This document shows, one piece after another, positions 18,497 to 28,280 of a stretch of 64,000 nucleotides of DNA. The first letter of the stretch is position 1; every line of letters starts with the position of its first letter. The position numbers and the translations under genes are program-made. The DNA is taken from contig CANHVU010000013.1 in assembly GCA_947464275.1 (NCBI GenBank), positions 22,219 to 86,218 on the forward strand. The letters are read 5' to 3'. This DNA is from Bacteroidota bacterium. Its GTDB lineage: Bacteria; Bacteroidota; Bacteroidia; UKL13-3. The notes beneath the pieces are model-generated. The model made no database searches and was not told where the DNA came from. It was given only the letters and a program-made list of their open reading frames with translations.

Positions 18497-21364
18497 ATGT
18501 CAGAAAAAAAACTCTTTTTGCTAGATGGAATGGCTTTGGTGTACCGTGCTTATTTTGCTTTTAGCAATAACCCACGTATCACCAGTTATGGCTTTAATAC
18601 TTCCGCAATTTTTGGATATGCCAATACCGTTTTAGATATTTTAAAAAAAGAAAAACCAACTCACATTGGCGTCTCGTTTGATACTTCAGAACCAACTGCT
18701 CGACATATAGAATTTGAGGCTTACAAAGCCCATCGTGAGGAAATGCCAGAAGGTATTTCAACTGCACTACCCTTTATACGCCAACTTACCGAAGCATTAA
18801 ATATTCCATTATTAATTATGCCTGGCTACGAAGCCGATGATATAATAGGAACTTTAGCCAAAAAAGCCGAAAAAGATGGCTTTAAAGTATTTATGATGAC
18901 TCCTGACAAAGATTTTGGTCAGTTGGTAAGCGAAAATATTTTTATTTATAAACCTGCCCGCATGGGCAATGATTACGAAATACTTGGAGTACCTGAGGTA
19001 TTAAAACGTTGGGAAATAACCGATGTAAAACAAGTAATTGATATTTTAGGTATGTGGGGCGATTCGGTAGATAATATCCCCGGAATTCCAGGAATTGGTG
19101 AAAAAACTGCTAAAGTTTTGGTTCAAAAATATGGCAGTATGGAAGGTTTATACGAACATACTCATGAACTAAAAGGGAAACAAAAAGAAAACGTTGAAAA
19201 CTTTAAAGAACAAGCTTTTTTATCGAAACGATTAGCAACTATTGATTTAAATGTTCCTATTGAATTTGACGAAAATGCGTTAGTGCTTGACCCTCCAAAC
19301 AAAGAAGCTTGCGAGGAATTATTTGCAAAATTAGAGTTTAAAACCATGGCTGCTCGTGTATTTGGAACTCAAATTACAGTGGGAGGAACTACCTTTAGCT
19401 CCAACCAAAAAGCTGACGACAATAAACAAGGACCTGCAAATAGCGTATTTGATTTATTTAACCCAGCTCCTATCACAACTTCAACAACAAACAACAACGA
19501 AAGCGGCTTACAACTTGATTTAACAGCCGAAGAAAGCACACCTAAAAACAATATTGACAATACTACACATGAATATGAGCTAGTAGATACTACAGAAAAA
19601 CAAGCAGCTTTATTGCAAACATTGTTGCAACAAAAGGAAGTTTGTTTTGATACCGAAACTACTTCGCTTGAAACTTTGGATGCTGATATTGTGGGATTAT
19701 CGTTTTCGTTTGAGGCACACAAGGCTTATTATATTCCTTTTACCACCAATTTTGATGAGGCCAAAGCATTGTTAAATACATTTAAACCAGTATTTGAAAG
19801 TGAAACTATTTGTAAAATTGGTCAAAATATAAAATACGATTTAGGTATTTTAAAGCAATACGATATCACTTTAAAAGGACCACTTTTTGATACCATGTTG
19901 GCCCATTATTTAATTGAACCCGATATGCGCCATGGCATGGATTACCTTAGTGGAATCTACTTGAACTACGAACCAGTTTCTATAACCACTTTAATTGGTA
20001 AAAAAGGAAAAGGCCAGTTAAATATGCGCGATGTAGCCATTGAAAAAATTAAGGAATACGCGGCTGAAGATGCTGATATTACTTACCAATTGGCTCAAAA
20101 GTTAATGCCCGAAATTGTAGAAAAAGAAGCCAAACAATTATTAGATGAAATAGAAATTCCACTGATTGATGTATTGAGCGACATGGAGCGCGAAGGAGTA
20201 AAAATTAATAAAGAATTTTTACTTCAATATAGCAAAGAGCTAGAAACTGATATTGCTGCGCTAGAAAAACGTATTATTGAATTGGCTGGCAAGCCTTTTA
20301 ACATAGCCTCACCAAAACAATTAGGCGAAATACTTTTTGACCATTTAAAACTTGACCCCAAAGCTAAAAAAACCAAAACTGGTCAATACCAAACAGGCGA
20401 AGATATTTTACAAAAATTAAGCGAGCACGAAATAGTACAATGTATTTTAGATGTGCGTCAGTTAAGTAAGCTAAAATCAACTTATGTAGATTCATTGCCT
20501 GAGTTAATTAATCCAAAAACTGGCCGAGTTCACACTTCGTTTAACCAAGCAGTGGCAGCCACTGGCAGGCTTTCAAGTACCAATCCAAATGTTCAAAATA
20601 TTCCAATTAGAACCGATAAAGGAAAAGAAATTCGCAAAGCATTTATTCCACGCAATGAAGATTATGTGCTACTTAGTGCCGATTACTCACAAATAGAATT
20701 ACGTATTATAGCTGCTATGGCTCACGAAGAAGCCATGATAGAAGCGTTTAAAAATAATTTAGATATTCATGCAGCTACTGCTGCCAAAGTTTATGGCATT
20801 CCTTTAGAAGAAGTTACTGGCACCCAACGTAGAAATGCTAAAGCTGTTAACTTTGGAATTATTTACGGACAATCTGCCTTTGGTTTGGCTGAAAGTTCAG
20901 GCATTCCGCGTAAAGAAGCCGCACAAATTATTGATGAATATTGGAAACAATATCCGCGTATAAAAGCATACATGAGCGAAACCATAAACACTGCCAAAGA
21001 ATATGGTTATGTAGAAACTTTAAAAGGACGCAGAAGGTATTTACGCGATATCAATTCGGCTAATTTTACAGTGCGTGGATTTGCTGAACGAAATGCAATT
21101 AACGCCCCAATTCAAGGCAGTGCAGCCGATATGATTAAGATTGCTATGATTAACATTCATCATAAAATGGCAAATCCAACATTCAACATTCAGCATTCAA
21201 AATTAATACTTCAAGTACACGATGAATTGTTGTTTGATGTGCATAAAGATGAAGTGGAAGCAATGAAAAAATTAGTAGTAGAAGAAATGGAAAATGCCAT
21301 GCAAATAGCAGTTCCAATTAAAGCCGAAGTAGGTGTTGGAGAAAATTGGTTGGAAGCGCATTAG
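18497..21364 (+). CDS. polA: DNA polymerase I
   Basis: 5'-3' exonuclease (LLDG, YEADD, DNIPGIPGIGEKTA), FDTETT, ADYSQIELR, AKAVNFGIIYG, QVHDEL. Confidence 0.98.
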   Translation: MSEKKLFLLDGMALVYRAYFAFSNNPRITSYGFNTSAIFGYANTVLDILKKEKPTHIGVSFDTSEPTARHIEFEAYKAHREEMPEGISTALPFIRQLTEALNIPLLIMPGYEADDIIGTLAKKAEKDGFKVFMMTPDKDFGQLVSENIFIYKPARMGNDYEILGVPEVLKRWEITDVKQVIDILGMWGDSVDNIPGIPGIGEKTAKVLVQKYGSMEGLYEHTHELKGKQKENVENFKEQAFLSKRLATIDLNVPIEFDENALVLDPPNKEACEELFAKLEFKTMAARVFGTQITVGGTTFSSNQKADDNKQGPANSVFDLFNPAPITTSTTNNNESGLQLDLTAEESTPKNNIDNTTHEYELVDTTEKQAALLQTLLQQKEVCFDTETTSLETLDADIVGLSFSFEAHKAYYIPFTTNFDEAKALLNTFKPVFESETICKIGQNIKYDLGILKQYDITLKGPLFDTMLAHYLIEPDMRHGMDYLSGIYLNYEPVSITTLIGKKGKGQLNMRDVAIEKIKEYAAEDADITYQLAQKLMPEIVEKEAKQLLDEIEIPLIDVLSDMEREGVKINKEFLLQYSKELETDIAALEKRIIELAGKPFNIASPKQLGEILFDHLKLDPKAKKTKTGQYQTGEDILQKLSEHEIVQCILDVRQLSKLKSTYVDSLPELINPKTGRVHTSFNQAVAATGRLSSTNPNVQNIPIRTDKGKEIRKAFIPRNEDYVLLSADYSQIELRIIAAMAHEEAMIEAFKNNLDIHAATAAKVYGIPLEEVTGTQRRNAKAVNFGIIYGQSAFGLAESSGIPRKEAAQIIDEYWKQYPRIKAYMSETINTAKEYGYVETLKGRRRYLRDINSANFTVRGFAERNAINAPIQGSAADMIKIAMINIHHKMANPTFNIQHSKLILQVHDELLFDVHKDEVEAMKKLVVEEMENAMQIAVPIKAEVGVGENWLEAH
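21174..21208 (+). repeat. Heptamer tandem tract inside the polA coding sequence
   Basis: atccaac attcaac attcagc attcaaa attaata encoding NPTFNIQHSKLI. Confidence 0.65.
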
Positions 21365-21463
21365 GGACTTTTAAGTTGATAAAGTGATTGGTTAATAGGT
21401 TAATTCGTATAATAAACTAATCCTTATTCTACTATTTTTGAATTGTGAACATTAACAATAAAT

Positions 21464-22714
21464 ATGAATTTAAAACTATTATCATTTACTTACTTTTTCT
21501 CTTTGTTTTGTTTTATAAATTCTTATTCACAAGAAATATATAAAAAAGAGTTTTACTTCAAAAAAGGTAAAGTAGAATTAAATGAAACTCAAAAAAATCA
21601 ACTTGAAACAGACATTGATTCTTTAAAACCAAACGATGATTGCATATTTAAGATAAAAGGGTTTGCTGATAATGAAGGTAACAGAAAAAATAATTTAAAA
21701 TTGTCTGCAAAAAGAGCGGAGTTAACAGCTAACTATTTGCGCTTATTACAAATAGACTCTAATAAAATTATTAGTATTGGAGCAGGTCAAATTGGTGATT
21801 CATCTGAAGAATTTACTGTTTTTCAAAGAAATTTAAACAGAAAAATTGTTATTAGTTGCAACTGTATAAAAGGATTAAATAATTTTAAAAGACATTCTCA
21901 AACCACTCCTACAAAGTTCGAAAATGATACCATCATTTATGCAAAAAACGGAACTCAATTAAAAATTAAAGAAGGTTCTTTTTATCCAAAAAAAATAAAA
22001 GATGTAAAAATAACAATCAATGAAATTTTCTCTTTATGCGATTCAATACCAGATGAGTTAGAAACAGTGTCAGAAACAGGCGTTTGTTTGGCTTCAGGAG
22101 GTATGGTATTTCTTCAAGCAGAATATAAGAAAAAACGAGCAAGACTTAATGGCAGAGCTTTGTTTGAAGTGAAAATTCCAGTAATGAATAACGATACTTC
22201 CTTTAAGTTTTTTATTGCTGTCCGACAACGAAATGGTAGGCTCAGATGGAAAGAAAGAAAAGGAGAAATATTGAACGAAAACGGTAAAATTTGTTATGTT
22301 TTTGAAACCAATACACTTGGAGGATTTAATGTAGATATGAAAATACCTGGCTGTAATATGAATGATTCCAATTTTTATACTTTAAAAACTTGGACTAAAA
22401 ATAGCAGAGTAAGGTTTTATGTAAATAATCAATTTTCATTTTTTACAGCTAGAGAAATTAAATATAGAAAATTTGCTATTCCCGCCAGTTTTAATCCTGA
22501 AAATATTTATGTTTCGGTATACGGGACTAGGTTTAATTGGAATTTGTTTTGGAGTGGTTCTGGATACAGTTATATTACTCATAGAGTTTATAAACTTTCT
22601 GAAATGAAATATAAAAAACGGAGGAAAATGTATAAACTAAAATTCAAACATCTTGAATTGGGAGAACAAAAAAGACAGCAAGATCAAATAAAAAAAGCAA
22701 TGAATTGTAAATAA
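21464..22714 (+). CDS. OmpA-like domain protein
   Basis: Signal peptide; IKGFADNEG..NLKLSAKRA...NRKI peptidoglycan-binding domain at the N-terminus; LASGGM domain after it. Confidence 0.75.
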   Translation: MNLKLLSFTYFFSLFCFINSYSQEIYKKEFYFKKGKVELNETQKNQLETDIDSLKPNDDCIFKIKGFADNEGNRKNNLKLSAKRAELTANYLRLLQIDSNKIISIGAGQIGDSSEEFTVFQRNLNRKIVISCNCIKGLNNFKRHSQTTPTKFENDTIIYAKNGTQLKIKEGSFYPKKIKDVKITINEIFSLCDSIPDELETVSETGVCLASGGMVFLQAEYKKKRARLNGRALFEVKIPVMNNDTSFKFFIAVRQRNGRLRWKERKGEILNENGKICYVFETNTLGGFNVDMKIPGCNMNDSNFYTLKTWTKNSRVRFYVNNQFSFFTAREIKYRKFAIPASFNPENIYVSVYGTRFNWNLFWSGSGYSYITHRVYKLSEMKYKKRRKMYKLKFKHLELGEQKRQQDQIKKAMNCK

Positions 22715-22892
22715 CTATTAGCTTTTATTTTTAATTAAATTCGTAAAATCGAACACAATCAAACTAGAATTCTTACTCTAGATTTGGCAGTAAATTATAC
22801 CTCAATATTCAAGTAGGTTATCATTTTAAATTTAAAAAGAAGTAGATAATTCTTAACAAAACTCAAACCTAATTGCATTAAAGAAATACTAT

Positions 22893-23150
22893 TTAACTTT
22901 TTCCTGGATATTGTAAAAACACAAATGTTCCTAAAATAAGAGCTATACCTATTATGGAAGAAACAATGATAATTGGCGTTCTAATTTTATGTGCCTTCTT
23001 TTTAACTATTAGGACTGTTGATTTATTAATATCGTTTTGAATAACTAAACTATCAGTTGCATTCTGTGCTGTCAAATAACAAATTCCGCTTGTAAATAAA
23101 AGTGTAACATAAATTAATAATCTAATCAAAAATAATTTTGTGAATTCCAT
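22893..23150 (-). CDS. Small hypothetical membrane protein
   Basis: ATG 23150; signal-like N-terminus and C-terminal TM helix. Confidence 0.5.
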   Translation of the reverse strand: MEFTKLFLIRLLIYVTLLFTSGICYLTAQNATDSLVIQNDINKSTVLIVKKKAHKIRTPIIIVSSIIGIALILGTFVFLQYPGKS

Positions 23151-23518
23151 AGAGTAATGTTGTAAAATACAATGATAGTTAATTTTAAAAAGTAAAATTT
23201 TATAATGACTTTCATTTCGCCCGAAAGCTATCATACAAAGTCAATAAATATAAAGCTCCAGTCTATTGAAACGGTTTTATCAACTATAGTATTTGCAAAT
23301 ACAATTTATTACTTATTACTACCATAAGTTTACCGTTATGAGGCTTTTTTAAAAATTTTCCCCTACCAAACATTTGGTTTTTTGTTGCATGAATTTATTT
23401 TTTAAAGAATGAAACTTTTTTAGATTAAATATTTTAAAACCGTTTGGAATTCAGCGCACTAAATGTATGTTTGTTAAAAGTTATATTTTCAATATCAAAC
23501 CTTTTCAACGAAAAACTT

Positions 23519-23767
23519 ATGGAAAACTTAGACACTGAAATGTTAGAAAACAACTTAGAAATGGATTTAGAAATTAAAACAGCAAGAGAAGCCAGAACTC
23601 AAAAAGGATTTAAGTTGTTGGCCATTGGAGCTGTTATTTTGTTTTTGGGATGTATAACCAATTTAACCATGCCCATCTCTAACGAGTATTATCATTTTAT
23701 ACTTTATGGCATAACCAGCATTGGTGCAGCTATGGTTGTTTGGGGTTTATACTTAATTATGGAATAA
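23519..23767 (+). CDS. Small hypothetical two-TM membrane protein
   Basis: ATG 23519 (MENLDTE...); two hydrophobic helices. Confidence 0.6.
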   Translation: MENLDTEMLENNLEMDLEIKTAREARTQKGFKLLAIGAVILFLGCITNLTMPISNEYYHFILYGITSIGAAMVVWGLYLIME

Positions 23768-23845
23768 TTGACTTCTTGAGCCAAATGTTAACTAATTTAT
23801 AAAAAATATTTTTAGCCAATATGCAATAAGCAATTTTTTAGATAT

Positions 23846-23853
23846 TACATTTG
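23846..23853 (+). promoter_or_regulatory. Bacteroidota -7 promoter element for mrdA-rodA
   Basis: TACATTTG matches TAnnTTTG, 20 nt upstream of the ATG. Confidence 0.6.
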
Positions 23854-23873
23854 CGTTGAGTTGTGTAAACTAA

Positions 23874-25739
23874 ATGGAAAGTCAAATTAAGCAAAAAATT
23901 TTATTAGGGGTATTTATTTTTATAGCATTTGTTTATGTTATCAGATTGCTTACTCTTCAAATATTTGACGAAAGTTACATACGTTCAGCTCAAAACAATG
24001 TATTGCAAGAGCAAACCATATACCCCGCCCGCGGTTTGCTTATGGATAGAAATAATGATTTGTTGGTTTACAACGATAATATTTACGATTTATTTGTTAC
24101 TCCAGAGCAAGTTAAAAACCTTGATACCAATGCTTTTTGCGAGGTAATAGGCATTACCAAACAAGAGTTTATTGATAGGTTTGAAAAAATAAAACGCCAA
24201 AAAGGTTATGCTATTTACAGGCCATCAGTTTTCGAAAAACAATTGACCATGGCCACTTATGCTCGTTTTCAAGAAATGCTTTTCGATTTTCAGGGTTTTG
24301 ATGTGGTAGTTAGAACCGATAGAAAATACAAATACAAAAATGCAGCTCATATTATGGGTTACATTGGCGAGGTAACCGAAAAAATGATTGAAAACTCAAA
24401 CGGTTATTACCGCATGGGCGATTTTATTGGAATAAGTGGCGTAGAACGTACTTACGAAAAAGAATTAGGTGGTGTAAAAGGTGTAAGATATGTTTTGGTT
24501 GATAGCAAAAGCCGCGCCCAAGGCCGTTATAAAGATGGTGAATTTGATACTGTGGCCGTAGCTGGCAAAAAGATAAATTTAACCATTGATCAAAAACTGC
24601 AAGAATTAGGCGAGCAATTAATGCAAAACAAAATTGGCAGTGTTGTAGCTATTGAACCAAGCACTGGCGAGATTCTTTCCATGATAAGTAGTCCAACCTA
24701 TGATCCAAACTTATTTGTAGGCCGTGATAGAGGAAATCATTACATGGAGCTTTTACGTGACCCAAGCAAACCGCTGTTTAACAGACCAATAGCTGCACCA
24801 TATCCTCCTGGTTCTATTTTTAAAGTAATTATGAGTTTAATAGGCCAGCAGGAACAAGTGCTTTATCCAAACACTGCTTATGGTTGTTATGGTGGATTTA
24901 ACTCTGGTGGCTTGCATGTGGGCTGTCATGCGCATGGTTCGCCATTACCACTCCAAGGAGCCATAGCGGTTAGTTGTAATGCTTATTTTTGCCATGTATA
25001 CAGAACTGTGGTAAACAACCCTAAATACCGCAGAGTAGAAGATGCTTATAATAAACTTTACGACCATTTGGCAAGTTTTGGAATGGGACGAAAATTAGGA
25101 GTAGATTTATATGGTGAAGGAACTGGGTTTGTACCCAAAGCTACTTATTACGATAAAATTTATGGCCGAAACCATTGGCAGGCATTAACCACCATTTCGT
25201 TAGGAATTGGGCAAGGCGAATTAGGGATAACACCTTTGCAAATGGCAAATGCTACTGCATTGGTAGCTAACCGTGGTTATTATATCACACCTCATATTGT
25301 AAAAAGTATTGAAGGCAAAAAAAATCCAAATCCTGAATATAATGTAAAACATTGGTGCACGGTTGATACCAGTTATTTTCCGGTGGTAATAAATGGAATG
25401 GAGGATGTGGTAAATCACGGAACAGCATACATAGCTAAAATTCCAGGAATAGCCATTTGTGGTAAAACTGGAACAGCTCAAAATCCACATGGAAAAGACC
25501 ATAGTATTTTCTTTGCCTTTGCACCAAAAGATAATCCTAAAATTGCCATAGCAGTAGTAGTAGAAAATTCAGGTTTTGGAGCCACTTGGGCTGCACCAAT
25601 AGCCAGCTTGATGATAGAACAATATTTAACCAAAAAACATGATACGCGACCTTATTTGGTGGAACGTATGATGAAAGGAAATTTAACACACAAACCAATT
25701 TTAAATGACTCAACAGCAACCAAAACCAGCAAGCATTGA
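23874..25739 (+). CDS. mrdA: Penicillin-binding protein 2
   Basis: PARG, PPGSIFK (SxxK), SCN, KTGTAQ; followed by rodA. Confidence 0.95.
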   Translation: MESQIKQKILLGVFIFIAFVYVIRLLTLQIFDESYIRSAQNNVLQEQTIYPARGLLMDRNNDLLVYNDNIYDLFVTPEQVKNLDTNAFCEVIGITKQEFIDRFEKIKRQKGYAIYRPSVFEKQLTMATYARFQEMLFDFQGFDVVVRTDRKYKYKNAAHIMGYIGEVTEKMIENSNGYYRMGDFIGISGVERTYEKELGGVKGVRYVLVDSKSRAQGRYKDGEFDTVAVAGKKINLTIDQKLQELGEQLMQNKIGSVVAIEPSTGEILSMISSPTYDPNLFVGRDRGNHYMELLRDPSKPLFNRPIAAPYPPGSIFKVIMSLIGQQEQVLYPNTAYGCYGGFNSGGLHVGCHAHGSPLPLQGAIAVSCNAYFCHVYRTVVNNPKYRRVEDAYNKLYDHLASFGMGRKLGVDLYGEGTGFVPKATYYDKIYGRNHWQALTTISLGIGQGELGITPLQMANATALVANRGYYITPHIVKSIEGKKNPNPEYNVKHWCTVDTSYFPVVINGMEDVVNHGTAYIAKIPGIAICGKTGTAQNPHGKDHSIFFAFAPKDNPKIAIAVVVENSGFGATWAAPIASLMIEQYLTKKHDTRPYLVERMMKGNLTHKPILNDSTATKTSKH

Positions 25740-26976
25740 TTGGCTTGTACTAACGCTTTATTGCGTTTTTGTAATAGCTGGTTTGCTTTGCATCTACGCA
25801 TCGGTATATTCCGAAACCAATCCTGATATTTACGATATGGACAAAAACTATGGCAAGCAATTGTTATGGATTGTGGTATCAGCATTTTTAGGTTTGCTTA
25901 TTTTATTGGTTGATGAAAAACTTTTTTATGCGTTTGCTTATGGGTTTTATGGCATTACCATCCTCATGCTTTTGGCTACTTTTGCCATAGGTGCCGAAAT
26001 TAAAGGAAGTAGCAGTTGGATTAGAATTGGGAGTTTTCAAATTCAGCCTGCAGAGTTTGCCAAATTTGGAACTGCATTGGCTTTGGCCAAATACTTAAGT
26101 GGTTATAATATTGATTTTAAAAATTGGAAAGTAAAAGCCATTTCAATGGCCATTATTGCTTTACCCATGGCCATTATTTTATTACAAAACGAAACCGGCT
26201 CTGCATTAGTTTTCGCCTCATTTTCGTTGGTTTTGTATCGCGAGGGTTTACCTGGTTGGTTATTAGTAGTTGGTGTTTTATTGGCAGTTTTAGGAGTAAT
26301 GGCTTTGCTGATAAAGCCATTGTATATTATTATTGGATTAGCAGTTATTGCCATTGCTTTTTTAGCCATGGTAAGGCGTACACAATTACTTGTTTTTCTA
26401 ACAATTGGAATGGTAATTTTTGCAAGCGCTTATGTTAGCAGTATTGATTATGTTTTTGAGAATGTAATGCAAGCCCATCAACGCACTAGGATAAATGTAC
26501 TTTTAGGCAAAGAGGTAGATTTGAAAGGTGCTGGATACAATGTGCAACAATCATTAATAGCTATTGGATCTGGCGGACCCATTGGAAAAGGATTTTTAGA
26601 AGGAACTCAAAATAAATTTAGGTTTGTACCTGAACAAAGTACCGATTTTATTTTTTGTACCATTGGCGAAGAATTTGGCTTTTTAGGCTCACTGCTGTTT
26701 ATTTCGCTTTACATGCTTTTTTTATGGCGATTAATGGTAATGGCTGAAAGACAAAGGAACAAGTTTAACCGCATTTATGGTTACAGTTTGGTTTCAATCT
26801 TGTTTTTCCATTTCCTAATCAATATAGGAATGACTTTAGGATTGATGCCTGTAATAGGTATTCCATTGCCGTTTTTTAGCTATGGAGGTTCAGCTTTATT
26901 AAGCTTTACCATTTTGCTATTTATATTTATAAGACTTGATGCAAACAGGGTAAACGAACTAAAAAGCTTTGACTAA
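25705..26976 (+). CDS. rodA: Rod shape-determining SEDS protein RodA
   Basis: IQPAEFAK, GYNVQQSLIAIGSGG, PEQSTDFIF, PVIGIPLPFFSYGGS. Confidence 0.95.
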   Translation: MTQQQPKPASIDWLVLTLYCVFVIAGLLCIYASVYSETNPDIYDMDKNYGKQLLWIVVSAFLGLLILLVDEKLFYAFAYGFYGITILMLLATFAIGAEIKGSSSWIRIGSFQIQPAEFAKFGTALALAKYLSGYNIDFKNWKVKAISMAIIALPMAIILLQNETGSALVFASFSLVLYREGLPGWLLVVGVLLAVLGVMALLIKPLYIIIGLAVIAIAFLAMVRRTQLLVFLTIGMVIFASAYVSSIDYVFENVMQAHQRTRINVLLGKEVDLKGAGYNVQQSLIAIGSGGPIGKGFLEGTQNKFRFVPEQSTDFIFCTIGEEFGFLGSLLFISLYMLFLWRLMVMAERQRNKFNRIYGYSLVSILFFHFLINIGMTLGLMPVIGIPLPFFSYGGSALLSFTILLFIFIRLDANRVNELKSFD

Positions 26977-26983
26977 CTAAATG

Positions 26984-28033
26984 TTAATCAAAAACTACTT
27001 TAGCAATTTTTCCTTTACTTCCTGCTAAAAAAATTACTTTTCCTTGTTTGGCTTTTTTAACCACGTTAAAGCTTTGTTTGCTTAATTGTTCCCACAATTT
27101 GTTTTTGTAATTAAATATGTCAACTCCATTGGTGCCGCAGGCAATAAAAATATTTGGTGCCACCTTTTCAATGCACGAAAGGTAACCACAAGGCTTGGTG
27201 CCAATTTCTTCGTAAATAGCGTTTACACCAATTTCATCAAAGTTTTTATAACAAACGCTGTCTTTTAAAAAATCGCCACCTACAGCAAAAAACGATTTAT
27301 TGTGCCTCACCAATGAAAATGCACCCTTTGAATTAGCCCCTTGCTGAATATTAAGTCCTGAGCGAATTGATTTAGTGTAAGGTGAAGCAAAGTAATAGTA
27401 ACTAGAAGAACTGCCGCCACTCACAAAACCAAAGGAACTTTTTCCCCAACACCTAATAGATGTGCCACTAGCAGCAAATACAGCTTCCCCACTCATGGCT
27501 TTGGGTGTAATATTATTTTCCATTTCTTTCCAATTAGCTCCACCATCAATGGTATGTAACAATAAAAAATGGTTTTTAATGGGGTCACCTACTATTACGC
27601 CACGGGTTTTATTCCAAAAATCCATTCCATCTAAAAACACTGCCGAATCCATGTTTTTATAAACTTCTTCCCAAGTGTTGCCACCATCTTCGGTTTTTAA
27701 AATATAAGCAGGCGTGCCGCTGCTAATCATAATGGCTTCCTTTTCATCAAAGGCTTCTATATCTCTAAAATCGCTTTTGCTATAATCGGGTAATTGCGTA
27801 AAAACAAAAGTTTTACCACCATCCACACTTTTGGCAAAAGTACCTTTGCTGCCACTAACCCAAATTACAGAATCATTTACCACACTCAAACCCCTAAACG
27901 ATGTTTTACTTAATTCTACCCCAATTCCTAATTTAAATGTATTACTATCAAGTAATTGTACTGAATATTGCGCAGTTAACTTTTGACCAATTAACCATAG
28001 CAATCCCATGGCAAACACTTTCATTTTGTTCAT
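26984..28033 (-). CDS. YCF48/BNR-repeat beta-propeller protein
   Basis: Signal peptide; SVDGGKTF, TEDGGNTW, TIDGGANW Asp-boxes; FAASGT. Confidence 0.8.
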   Translation of the reverse strand: MNKMKVFAMGLLWLIGQKLTAQYSVQLLDSNTFKLGIGVELSKTSFRGLSVVNDSVIWVSGSKGTFAKSVDGGKTFVFTQLPDYSKSDFRDIEAFDEKEAIMISSGTPAYILKTEDGGNTWEEVYKNMDSAVFLDGMDFWNKTRGVIVGDPIKNHFLLLHTIDGGANWKEMENNITPKAMSGEAVFAASGTSIRCWGKSSFGFVSGGSSSSYYYFASPYTKSIRSGLNIQQGANSKGAFSLVRHNKSFFAVGGDFLKDSVCYKNFDEIGVNAIYEEIGTKPCGYLSCIEKVAPNIFIACGTNGVDIFNYKNKLWEQLSKQSFNVVKKAKQGKVIFLAGSKGKIAKVVFD

Positions 28034-28166
28034 AGCACCAAATAAAACCCATAGTTGTTAAAAGATAAAATTTTACCTGTTGATAACCTAAAAATCAGTT
28101 TTATGTAAAGGCAAACAAATTTGTATGACTCTCTTTTATTATCTCTCTTTACTCCGCATTTTTGTC

Positions 28167-28201
28167 ACTTCGCATTCCGAACTCTCATTTCTCAACTCCA
28201 A
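28167..28201 (+). repeat. Degenerate heptamer tract upstream of the amidohydrolase
   Basis: acttcgc attccga actctca tttctca actccaa. Confidence 0.5.
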
Positions 28202-28280
28202 TTTACCCAATTCCAATAGCTATCCTTGTCAGTTACAAAATTTTCATATATTGCTCTTCGTTTCAGCTAACTATTATTAC

